Shown one piece after another: positions 54,601-64,000 of a DNA stretch of 64,000 bases. The notes beneath the pieces were generated by a model. The model made no database searches. It saw only the letters and a program-made list of their open reading frames with translations, and was not told the DNA's origin. The first letter of the stretch is position 1, and every line of letters starts with the position of its first letter. Source of the stretch: Lama glama (Eukaryota); NCBI GenBank assembly GCA_028534125.1, contig CM052823.1, forward strand, positions 69,254,001-69,318,000, given 5' to 3'. A program made the position numbers and the translations under genes.

Positions 54601-57600
54601 CCTCCTCAGCTGGGCCTCCAGCCCACACAGGTTCTGGGCCACGTCACAGGGGAGGCTGGTGGCTTTCTCCTGAGGAAAGGAGATGGCCAAGGGGATGAGG
54701 AACGGAAAGTGGGGTGCTGAGCCTGGGTCCACTTCTAGAAAGGACCCCCTTCCTCCCCCCCAGGCTCACACCTGGACCTGGGTGAGGGCTTCCAACAGAT
54801 CTCTGTGAACTTTGAGGGTGATCTCGGCATCTCGGAGCCGGCGGCCACGGGCCTGGGTCAGCTCCCACAGCTCCGACCAGGCAGCCCTGCCCATAGGTGC
54901 GTGGGAGACCCGCAGCACATCAGCTGTTGACCTAGCACCTTGTTCCACCCCCTTGCTAGGCTGGTCAGCCCACCTGCTCTCTGGGCTGCATCTAGGACTG
55001 GCCCGAGTCTTCCCTTCTTAACCCCCTCTCCTGTCTGGCCCTGTTCCTGGAGCCTGTCTTTCTAGCTTCGCTTTGTATTCAGTCCTTTGCTGCTGTCACA
55101 CTCAGCACTTAACTGATTTCTATGCTTTGTGATACTCCGTTCATCTTGCGCCTTTGAGTCTCAATAGGTCAACGAGATTATAATCGCTCGAGCGCAGAGG
55201 CCACATCTCCTCTCCATTCCTTATTCACTCAGCAAACTCTCCCTGAGCTCCTAAGGCTTCCACTGGACCAGGCTCTGTGCTGTGGGTTATGAACAGGGAC
55301 GACCTTGCCTCAAAGCTCACAGGTTGGGGGAGGCCCCCCACCAGCCAGTAGGCAGCTAGGAAGTCTTCCCACAGCAACTCATCCAAGTCCTAGGAGCCAG
55401 TGGTTTGGAAAAGTGCTGCTGGGGGTCTGGGCAGGGCTCTCTAACCTGCACACCCAGCCTCCCGGCCCCACCAGCCCAGGGCCACCTGCGGCAGGCTGGG
55501 CTTCCCTGGGGGCAGGCCCCTCTACAGAAAGACACCTCAGGGGCAGGCAGAGCCCGGGTGACCCTGGGAGCACATGCCCTCTCTTAATGCTCCGGGCCCG
55601 CTGGGCACTCACTGCAGATCCTGCTGCATCTGCCGAGCCTGGGGGGCAGCACTGTGCCCCTGCTCCAGCAGGCTCTCCGCCAGCTGCTGACAGGTTGCTA
55701 CCTGTCGGCCGCCCAGCTCCACTTGATGCTGAAACTTCGCAAACTTGGTGCAGAGACGCTGAAGAGAGAGGGGAGTAGGTGACAGGGTGGCCCCTAGCTG
55801 GTGAGGCAGCAAGTGGCCCGGGGAGAGAGGCACCTCAGTGACGTCTGGGCCATGTGGGTTGGATGGCCGCAGCGCTTGCCCACTCTAGTCAGAGGGCCTG
55901 TCCTCAGCTCCTGACCCATGGCCCCTTCTCCACACAGTGCAGCCGGCCCCCTGGCCCGCAGTGTCCGGCCTCAGGGCTTCCTCCTTGCTCCAGGCCCCTT
56001 CTCACCAGGACGTCCTCGTGGTCCTCCCCAAGGCTCTCTCCTCCTCTGGCTGCCTGCTTCTGGCTGACCAGCCAGCCCTGTAGCTCCTTGGCCTCCCTCA
56101 TGAACTCATGCAGCTTTAGGGTTCCTTCCAGCTCCTGGTCCCTGTGGGGATAGCCCGTGGTTCCCCAGGAGTTAGCCCCCCCACCCCGGGACAACTGGCC
56201 CAGCCAAGATGGATGACCTGAAGGAGGACCTAGTTAACTCAAAAGACGATATTCAAATTTGTGGTCTCTGGCCAAGCTTGAGACTCTGGATTCAGGAAGA
56301 AGTAAACATAGGAAAGCCAGAGTAGGGCAGGTAAGGGTGTGGATGTGGGGAAGGGATGGGTAGTTGGGAGCTAGAGGGTAGGAGTTCCTGCCCAGTGAAA
56401 TTATGGAAAGAGGGGATCAACACAGCAAGGAATCACCTGACAGCTCTGTGGGCCTGGGGTCATGGGCCCCTTCGAACTCAGGGTTACCGTATGGAAACAG
56501 TCAACTGTGGCTAGGCCCCCTAAACCTTGGGGCACAGTAACCCTCACCGTATGGCTGCCAACTCCTGCAGTGCCCGCAGCCGCTCCTGCAGCCTCTCCCA
56601 CACCATGCGTAGCTGCGCAGGGGCCTCAGGGCCAGTGAGGGTTTGGGCCCTCTGTTCAAGCTCCTCCAGGGAGCTCCAATAATGAGCCAGTTCCTGTTGC
56701 AGGGCCTGCCAGCACACAGGGACCTGTGCCAGGCTCAGGCTGGGTGATTTGTTCATCCACCCATCCATCCACCTGTCCATTCAACTGTTGATAACACACC
56801 CATACATCTTCTCCTTCCACTCATCCACCCACCGGCTCACTCACCCATCCTCTCACCCCACCCCATCTGCTCACTCATGCACCCATCATCCACCTACACA
56901 ATAGGGATGGAGTTCTGACTATACCATGAGGTGAAGACACAGAGCCCCCGCAGAGGGCTCACTGTTTAGCAGGGAAGAGTGAATGCTGGGTAATGTGGGC
57001 CAAGGAAGACAGGGCATGGGAGGCACTGTACTGGGCCCCAGCATCACAGTATGAAAATGGACAGAGTTAAGCAAGCTGCCCAGGATGCCCGGGATGCCGA
57101 AGCTCCACGAGGCCAGGGCTATGGCGTACCCCCTGAGGAACGGCTCACTGAAAGTCCTCAGGCACAGGACCCTGAAACATTGACCGTTAGGGCTATGTAG
57201 ATGAAATGCCCAGACAGGAGGAAACTTCCATGACCAGAGGAACCAGGACTCCTGTGGGGTCCAGGGCTCGTGTGCGGTTCTGAGAGTCAGATTCCAGAAA
57301 GGAGGAGGGGTGCTCCAGGTCTCCCTCGCTTTAATCAGGGATGCTTGTGAGGGGAGGTAGGTTTCAGGAAGGGCATTTGGTTAATTCAAAAGATGACATT
57401 CAAACTATAGGAGGAAGAAACCTGTAGAAGATGTGGGGATGGTGGGAACAGGTGATCCTGAGACAGAAGAGAAATGCCTGGGGAGGAGAAGCAGGAAGAG
57501 AAGGCAAAGACATCCTGGGGCCACAGGAGTGTGGCTGCTACAGAGATGAGGAGGAGTGGACTCCTCAAAGGGGTGGCCTCTGAAGAAGGAAGCCCTGTGA

Positions 57601-60600
57601 GGAGCAAGGGGCCCTAGAGGATCTGGGTGGGAGTGGGGAAGAGGCTGGACAGTCTCCAGGAAAAGAGCAGGGCTTTGTGCTTCTGAGAAGCTGGATGTGC
57701 CCTTTGTGCATGTGACAGATGCGTTCCTCACAGCCCGGGATCACTGTGGTCCAGACCACGCCAGGGATGCTCAGGACACAGTACCTGGTGCTTCCTGATG
57801 AGCCTAATGGTGACTGTCTCGTCCCCGCCGTAGTCCTGCCCGCTCACCAGCGGCCACTGTTCCTCTGCCCAGTCCTCCAACTCTGACACATCCAGGAAAT
57901 ACTGCCAAGAATGGTGCCAACTCACCCTGACGATCTCAGATGGGCCCCTCCAGCACCCCTTGAGGGCATCATGCCCTGCTCTCCAGCAGGCAGCACAAAG
58001 AGGCTTCTGTGCCCTCAGGCACCAGGCAGCTCTGGGCCCAGACCTCTCCCCACTGACCCAGCTCCCTGAGAGTCCCAGGTCCCACACACCTCGCTTAAGA
58101 GGCTACCAACTTTGGCTACTCCCCCAACCCCGTGCTCTCTGCATCCTACCTGCTGGAGAGCAACAACATGCTGCAGGCGCTGGGCCTGCACCTCACATGC
58201 CTGCTCCAGCTCTGCCCAGCGGCCTTCCAGCTTCTGGCACTGCTTCATGATATGCTGGGCCTGGGGATGCCCCGAGGCTGCGAGGCTTTGCCCAGAACCC
58301 AGCACCCATTGCAGGTGTCCCTGGTGGCCTTTTACCTCTGCCCAGAGTACCTGCCAAAGAAGAGCATGAGGGGCTGCCGCCTCCAGGGTTCCCTTAGCCA
58401 CATTGTGCCCGGAACAGAGCCGTGGATGCAGCTCTGGGGCCCAATCATGGCAAAACTTACAGGCAGAGAAGGGCTGGAGGCAGGGACTTGGAAATCAGGG
58501 CTCCCTGAGGAGTGGCAGTGCAGAGCATCTAGGGTCTGGGAATGGAATGTCAGGGATCCTGGAAGAAAACTGAGACCATTACCTTGTGCTTGCGGAGAAG
58601 CCTGTTCGCACCATTCAAGTCTTTGGCAGAGCTGGCACTGGGTGCTGGCATGTGCTCTGCCACCCATGTGAACTCCGTGTCACTCAGGTGGTAAAACTGA
58701 CACAGCTCAACCGAGGCCTGCAGCTGTATTCGCCGGGCGGCCAGATGTCCCTGCAGGGACTCGAACCTGGGTGGAGGGAGGAGATGGGAGAGGCTGGGAA
58801 CAGGTGAGGTCCAAGGCTCAGTCCTTTCCTCGGAGCAGCCAGGGACCCACGAGGAATGAGGCAGGGGATGCGGAAGCCTCATTTGATGAAGGGGAGGCAG
58901 CTGGAGAGGGCCCCAGGTGCAACCTCTCGCCCAGCTGAGCCAGCTGGCTTCAGGCTGTGGGGTGCTTAGGATGTCTGGCTGGGCTCTCTGACCCTCCTAT
59001 CCCAGGAATGGCTCTACTCATAAGGGAAGGAGGTTTGGACAACCTCAGGGTTTCCCTGCTGGGCTCACTGGGTGAAACCATCTCATGTTCACATGGTGGC
59101 AGTTACACACGATAGGATGGAGACAGAAGAAGCAGGTGAGTACCTCTGGAGGTACTTTTGGGTTTCCTCCACGATGGTCTGGGACTTAACCACCTGGTGG
59201 GCCTGGGAGACGAGGGCAGCCATCTTGCTGGCCAGCGCCTGGCTCTCGCCCTCCAGCTGGCGGTGCTGTTTCTGCAGCCTCCGGCTCGAGCCCAGGTCCT
59301 GCCCCAATTCTGCACTCTGCAGGGCCCCCTCTAGCTGCTCCATCTTCTCCTTGGCTTCCTGGGGAGTGAGGTGGGCCGCTGCATTAGGCTCTCCACGTCC
59401 AGGCTAGCAGGCAGCCCTTCTCGGGCTCTAAGGCTGCAGGGCTTGTAGCACATAGGATTCACCAAGGACTTCTGAAGACTTCTGTCCCTGCCATTGTCCA
59501 CCCTCCACCCTTGGTGCCCAAACCTTGTCCCAGAGTCTCATGAATACCCCCGACCCCTTACACTTCTTCCTCTCTGGGGGACTCAAGTTGTGCTGACCAC
59601 ACACGGGCACACAGGAGACAACCTGGATTGGCCAATGATGGTTAAAGCCAGGTTTAACGTGCCGGAGGCCAGAGGCCACCAAAGCTGCAGGACTTCCCAG
59701 GGCCGCTTGAGTCAGCAGACCACCCAGACTCCTCCTCTCCCCTTCCTGTCCTGTCTGTTCCCAGCCCACCCCAGCCTCAGTCTCCCTCCCTTCCCATGCT
59801 CTACCCTTCTCTTCGGCCGACCTGTAGCAGCCCCAGGAGCTGGTCCTGTCGCAGAGCCCGCCGGAGCTGCTTCCCAAGCTCCGCCACTTTGCGGTGCAAC
59901 TCTTCCCACTTGCCACTCAGGCCCTGGAGCGCCACCTGCACGTCCTCCTGGGCATGGGGCCAGCTGCTCAACAGCCCTCTCCCAACCTGCAGTGGACACA
60001 GAGGCCCCGGGTATCCTGTTGAGCTGCAGGTACCCGGAGTGGCAGTGGTGGGCTGGGCCTGGGCGGGGTAGGGAAGTGGGGGTGGCTGTAAGCTGCACCT
60101 CACAGGCCTCAAGGGCTCGGGCTGTTTGTGTGGCCCCAGATCTGTGGGCAGAGGTGGGAGGGCTTTTCTCTGATGCCCACAAATAGTGCGGGGGGAGCAG
60201 GCACCAGATTGCTGGTGGGAAGGGCTGTGCTCAGGTGGAGGCGGCAGGTTCTGGGGCTGCCTCGGAGAGTTGAAGGGAAATGAGGATGGCAACTTTCTGG
60301 GCCAGTTTGGGTACCAAGACCAAGGGTGCCTGCTGAGCGAAGGGCAAAGCTAGGGGATCATAATTTCATGGTAAGTGAGGTTGATTCTTCCTTCAGGGAG
60401 TGTGTTCCATGAAAACATGCTGTGAAGCTGGAGATGTGAAGCCAAGTAGGCCCTGTACCCTGTGCCCAGTGTCCCACACCTGCTGCAGGCCCTCCACGTG
60501 CCCACGGGTGGCCCGCAGCTCGCGCTCAACTGCTTCGTGCCACTTGAGTTTCCACAGGATGTTGCCAGGGTCTTGGGAGCACTTGTCCACCACCATCAAC

Positions 60601-63600
60601 CCCTTCTCCTCCAACCATAGCATCAGCTCCGCCATGTCCTGCTTCCATTCCTGCCCCAGAATAGGGAGAGAGTGGGTGTCACAGAGTGGGGACGAAGACA
60701 GGTATGAGGTCCTCTGGGGAAGGGGTTTCAGGGCCCCCAGGGGAAGAGCAGGATGAGGAGTCTATCCAGGGGTATAAGAGAGTCTAGGCCTGGGGTCAGG
60801 GAAACCGAGATGGGGAGAAAAATATCTCAAGGAAAACAGCTCAAGAGGCCTGGAGAATCAGGGTCCGGCCCCACGGCACCCTGTGCCCAGAGAGAAGGAG
60901 CGCCTGGCCAGGTCCCCACCGTTCAAGGTGCATCAGATCACATACGGCCCTCTGCCTCCAGACAGGCTTAGGCTCCAGGAGGCCTGTGGACTGGTTCAGC
61001 TCTGAGCCCCCATGTGGGCAGAATAAATATCTGACAAAGCTGAAGTCTACAGCTGGAGCCCATGGCCCATGCAAGAGCCTGGAGTGTGGCCAGAATGGGG
61101 ACACATGGGGGCGGGGAGCATTGGATGAGGGAGGGTGAGGGGTTATTCAAGAAGCCTAGGCTTTGTGCCCAGTCCTGCCTCCGAGCGGTGTGGCCTCAGC
61201 CTCAGTTTTCTTCATCTGGAAACATTAGAGCCATAATGCCTGTCTCACAAGAGGTGATGGGAGGGTCAGTGACATTAACGTGTGAGGAAGTGCTCTGTCA
61301 ACTGTAAAGTGCTCCGCATAGCACACAGTTGTTAGTGTGGCAGAGGACTCAGCCTTTGCCCCTGGGGAGGCCTCAGGCACCAGGGCCGGCCCCTCACCTG
61401 GAGCTGGAGGGAAGCCAGCAGCTGCCTCCTCCTCTGCTCGCTCCGCTCCTGGACCCTGATCCACTGCACCTGGATGCTCCGCAGCTGCTCTCTGACCCTG
61501 GAGGGCAGCGGAGTAGGGGAGGGTATGGGGAGGCTCCACTCCAGCTGAGGCCCACCCTAAAGGTGGGGCCCACTGAAGCTCAGGGTGCCCCACTGTGCCC
61601 CCACTCCCTGCACACTCTCTCAGCCTCAGGGCAACAGGCTGGGTATGCTAAGAAACCTGGGGCATGCAGGTGCGGCCCAGACAGGCCCAGGCTCACTTGT
61701 GAACAGCAGGGTGTTGTCTCTGAGCCAGCTTCTTGCCCCGTGCCTGTAGATCCTCTGCCCGAAGGCCAAGGGCACCCAGGAGCTGTCCAAACTCCTGGTG
61801 CCGCTGCAACAGGCTCTGGGCCTCCCCTACGTCCTCCTGGGGATGCAGAGACTGAGGTCATGGCCCGGCGAATGGCGTCAGCACCATCTCACCCACTGCC
61901 AATCCAGAGGCCTCCCTCCCAGACTGGCTTCTAAGCTCCTACTTCCTGGGGAAGTAGCACCCCAGCTGCACACTCCCAACTCCGTACCCCAAGGCTGTCC
62001 AGCTGTAGGAAGTTGGCCTCATGGTTGGCACAGGTGGCAATGAAACCATCTACTTCTCGACCAAACCTCTGCAACTCCAGCCCCTCGTGCAGCTGCTGCT
62101 GTCTCTGCTCCCAGGCAGCCTTCAACCCCCGGCCTTGCTGGCCCAGGAGCCTCAGAGCACTGGCTACCTCTCGGGAGTCTGCGGAGTCCGAGGCTGCCAT
62201 GCGTTGGCCCTGAGCCTCCAGCTGCTGCAGCCTGTCCAGGACAACAGGCAGAGATGGTCAAACTCTATCTGCTCCTCTGGCCAACCTTCCTCCCCGCTTG
62301 CCTCCACATTCTTTCATCTTCAAGTTCTGATGTGAGGGTAACTGGTTAGCCCAGGAGCTTCACATGCCCCGTAAGACAGCGGTGCCCTGCCCTCTAGTGA
62401 GACATCAAATGTAATAAGCCTGGCACGGCACTGGGACTCACTAGTTCCCATGCTCCCTGCCGTGTCACACCTTTGCTCCAGTTGGCCATGCTCATGGTGA
62501 TGTCCAGGCAAGTGGATACGTTGGGGCAGCACAAACCAGAAAAAAAATCACTCAAACCACTTCCCTGCCTGACTGCAGGGCCCAATGGAGCCTGGAGCAA
62601 TTAGGAAAGGTGCCCCTCTCTGCTGGGTGCAGCCCATAGGCTCACTGCTTGGGAACAGGTGACACCTTTGTGTGAATTAGGAAAAGGCTCCCCTTCCCTG
62701 AGCTGATGCAGCCCTGAAGTGGGTAGTAGAGTCTAGCGAGCAGGGGCTGGGCTGTATTTCAGTGCCTGCTTGGCCACCTGTCAGGCTCCTTCACGTGAGG
62801 CACAGCCTGCAGACTGTTTGCAGTGGCCCTGCCTGCCTGACAGGCCTGAACCATCACCCCTGCAGGAAATGAGGTGGCATCGCCATACCGAGGAGCTAGG
62901 TGTCCCAGGGGGACCCTGAGCCATTTGACTCCAGGGGCCAGTGGGGTCCTCATTACTCATAATAGGTGTGGAGGCTAGGCCTCCCTGGCAAAGCAATACA
63001 TCAGGCCCACCTGGATGGGGTGTGGTCAGGCCTGGACTGGACAGAACCTTCTAGGAAGCTCAGATTCTGCTCTGGGTCCCTCCCCAAAGTATGTAGGATG
63101 TCTGACAAGTCCTTGGTTAGACCCTACTCTTTGTAAACCTGCCTTAAGCACCATGCCAGACACAAGCCTGGGCCACTCCCCTGGGTACAAGCTGCTTCAT
63201 GCCTCTCCCTTTCTGGTGCCCCGTCCGCACAGGCCGTGGCCAGCCTGAAGTGTGCCCTGTCTACCCCTCCTGTCCTGACCTCTCCTGCAGCAGGTGGATC
63301 TCCTCCAGCAGGTCTCGGTGCTCCCCCAGCAGCCGCTGGGCTGAGGCCACGTCCGCTGCATCCTCCTCGCTGAGCAGCCGAGCCCGGACGCTGTCTGCCC
63401 ACAGCAGCAGTCGCCGGCTGTCCTGCAGGAAGGTCTGGCGGGCCTGCGCCTCGGCCTGGGCCCGGGCCCGTTGGGCCACTTGCTGCTGCACTTGCTCCAG
63501 CAGCCCCTGCAGCGTCTCCACCTGTCCCTCTAGGGACTGGCTCTCTGTGGGGCCCAACTCCTTGACTCTGGGAGACAAAGCCCACCGCCCAGTCAGTGCA

Positions 63601-64000
63601 CCGCCCTGGACCCAGAGCCCAGGGCTGTGTTCCCCAGGGAAAGTGGTGGCAACTCTGAACCCCTCCTCACCCTCGACCCAGGGGCAGCAAGCATGTGTGG
63701 CTCTCCCCTGCACCATGAGCATTTCCTCACGTGGTTCCCCAACCTGTGTCCCTGCCCTTCGGACAGCACATCCTGCCCGTCCTCCCCACCCCAGTTTCTG
63801 CCCTCTTCCTCATCCCATAACCCTGCTCAGGCCTTCACTGTGCCAAACCCAGGCCGTACTTGATCGCTGCCCTTTGCAGATAGTGAATGCCTCTCTCCAG
63901 CGCTAGCATCTTCTGCCGGTCCACTTGCAGGATGTGGTGGCTGTCCTCTAAGTGCCCCAGCTCCAGGGCTTTTAGCTGGAGCATCATGTCTTGCAGCTGG
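33690..64000 (-). CDS. SPTBN5: Spectrin beta chain non-erythrocytic 5 (betaV spectrin): spectrin repeats plus degenerate PH domain; 5' part outside the window
   Basis: Exons in transcript order: 64000-63860, 63567-63280, 62231-61988, 61836-61697, 61497-61398, 60650-60480, 59986-59822, 59358-59144, 58766-58583, 58350-58150, 57901-57785, 56705-56548, 56141-56006, 55758-55613, 54886-54772, 54669-54559, 54341-54162, 52949-52746, 52563-52414 (GC donor), 52182-52078, 51662-51495, 50980-50831, 50657-50466, 50236-50141, 48647-48532 (GC donor), 48437-48323, 47545-47432, 47217-47096, 46846-46684, 46449-46261, 45985-45908, 45321-45149, 43223-43133, 42988-42842, 42221-42084, 42002-41746, 41596-41410, 41196-40984, 40534-40338, 40217-40013, 39785-39591, 38445-38290, 38098-37881, 37711-37522, 37294-[gap], 36521-36435, 36341-36253, 36109-36027, 34863-34770, 33729-33690 (TGA). 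Typical repeats such as FFRDADEELAWVREK and LLKHQAFEAEVQAH; no in-frame stop in visible exons. Confidence 0.95.
34921..35266 (+). mobile_element. MaLR solo LTR (MLT1A-like)
   Basis: tcatatgttgaaatcctaacccc, ggtattaggagg, cttataaaagagac, ccagaactgtgagaaataaa, cagactaaga. Confidence 0.85.
36764..37263. other. 500-N placeholder gap hiding the last spectrin-repeat exons and first PH exon of SPTBN5
   Basis: Exactly 500 N; exon VTQCLQELEG runs into it and PH exons resume beyond it. Confidence 0.9.
38519..38790 (-). mobile_element. L1 3' UTR fragment with T-rich tail
   Basis: aagtatagttg ... tacaatatt ... ataaaatattggctat ... cctaatagtttgtacctct ... ggtaacca. Confidence 0.8.
42717..42757. repeat. 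Perfect 18-bp tandem duplication
   Basis: cactgagacttcgccatc twice, then cactg. Confidence 0.9.
43379..43520 (-). mobile_element. tRNA-derived SINE (camelid vic-1-like) with 15-bp TSD
   Basis: Reverse strand GGGTGGGGTATAGATCAAGCGGTAGAGCG ... GGTTCAACCCCCAG ... poly(A), with A and B boxes; TSD ctgggctttcctttg at 43364-43378 and 43521-43535. Confidence 0.88.
43575..43935 (+). mobile_element. MaLR solo LTR (MLT1B/C-like)
   Basis: TG...CA ends (tgttatgggctgaattgtgtccc ... gcagccctagcaaactaattca); near-perfect 5-bp TSD gtgcc/gtgtc. Confidence 0.88.
49630..50090 (-). mobile_element. L1 3' fragment (about 49630-49910) followed by a MIR (about 49930-50090)
   Basis: ttgcaaaagtagtacagaga ... cttcacccag; cccattttaaagatgaagaaactgaggctcagagaggt. 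Confidence 0.75.
56750..56900. repeat. Degenerate (CATC/CACC)n low-complexity tract
   Basis: catccacccatccatccacc ... cactcatccacccacc. Confidence 0.65.
61170..61340 (+). mobile_element. MIR SINE
   Basis: cctcagttttcttcatctggaaa ... tgtaaagtgctc ... gcacacag. Confidence 0.6.

Noticed and set aside
63199-63906. 235-aa plus-strand ORF, and similar Ser/Cys-rich plus-strand ORFs across 38-63 kb
   Set aside because: Antisense shadows of CTG/CAG/GAG-rich spectrin exons.
33690-64000. SPTBN5 as an outright pseudogene
   Set aside because: No premature stop or frameshift in the 50 visible exons if the two GC donors work; the gap and 5' region cannot be assessed.

Overview
Mammalian genomic DNA, probably camelid (a tRNA-derived SINE resembling vic-1, with a perfect 15-bp TSD, lies at 43364-43535). 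It carries the conserved block MAPKBP1(+) - JMJD7(+) - PLA2G4B(+) - SPTBN5(-). I rebuilt the exon structures by hand from splice sites and reading frame. MAPKBP1 is 5'-truncated by the window (601-13883). JMJD7 is complete (8 exons, 316 aa). PLA2G4B is complete (20 exons, 783 aa). SPTBN5 is 5'-truncated, with 50 visible exons from 64000 down to a stop at 33690. Three N-gaps hide coding sequence. Introns hold old MIR, L2, L1, MER5 and MLT1 repeats. This is a known locus and I found no new gene system. The best second-look items are: (1) the SPTBN5 PH domain has lost both signature tryptophans while its frame and every visible spectrin-repeat exon stay open; (2) three GC-type 5' splice sites, two in SPTBN5 with a frameshifting GT 4 nt away; (3) very tight 3'-end packing: the MAPKBP1 poly(A) signal abuts the JMJD7 promoter, the JMJD7 signal comes from a MIR, and PLA2G4B/SPTBN5 appear to share back-to-back non-canonical signals; (4) a phase-compatible JMJD7-PLA2G4B readthrough; (5) an 18-nt MAPKBP1 microexon. 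Comparisons with human proteins and repeat family names are from memory, not from a search.
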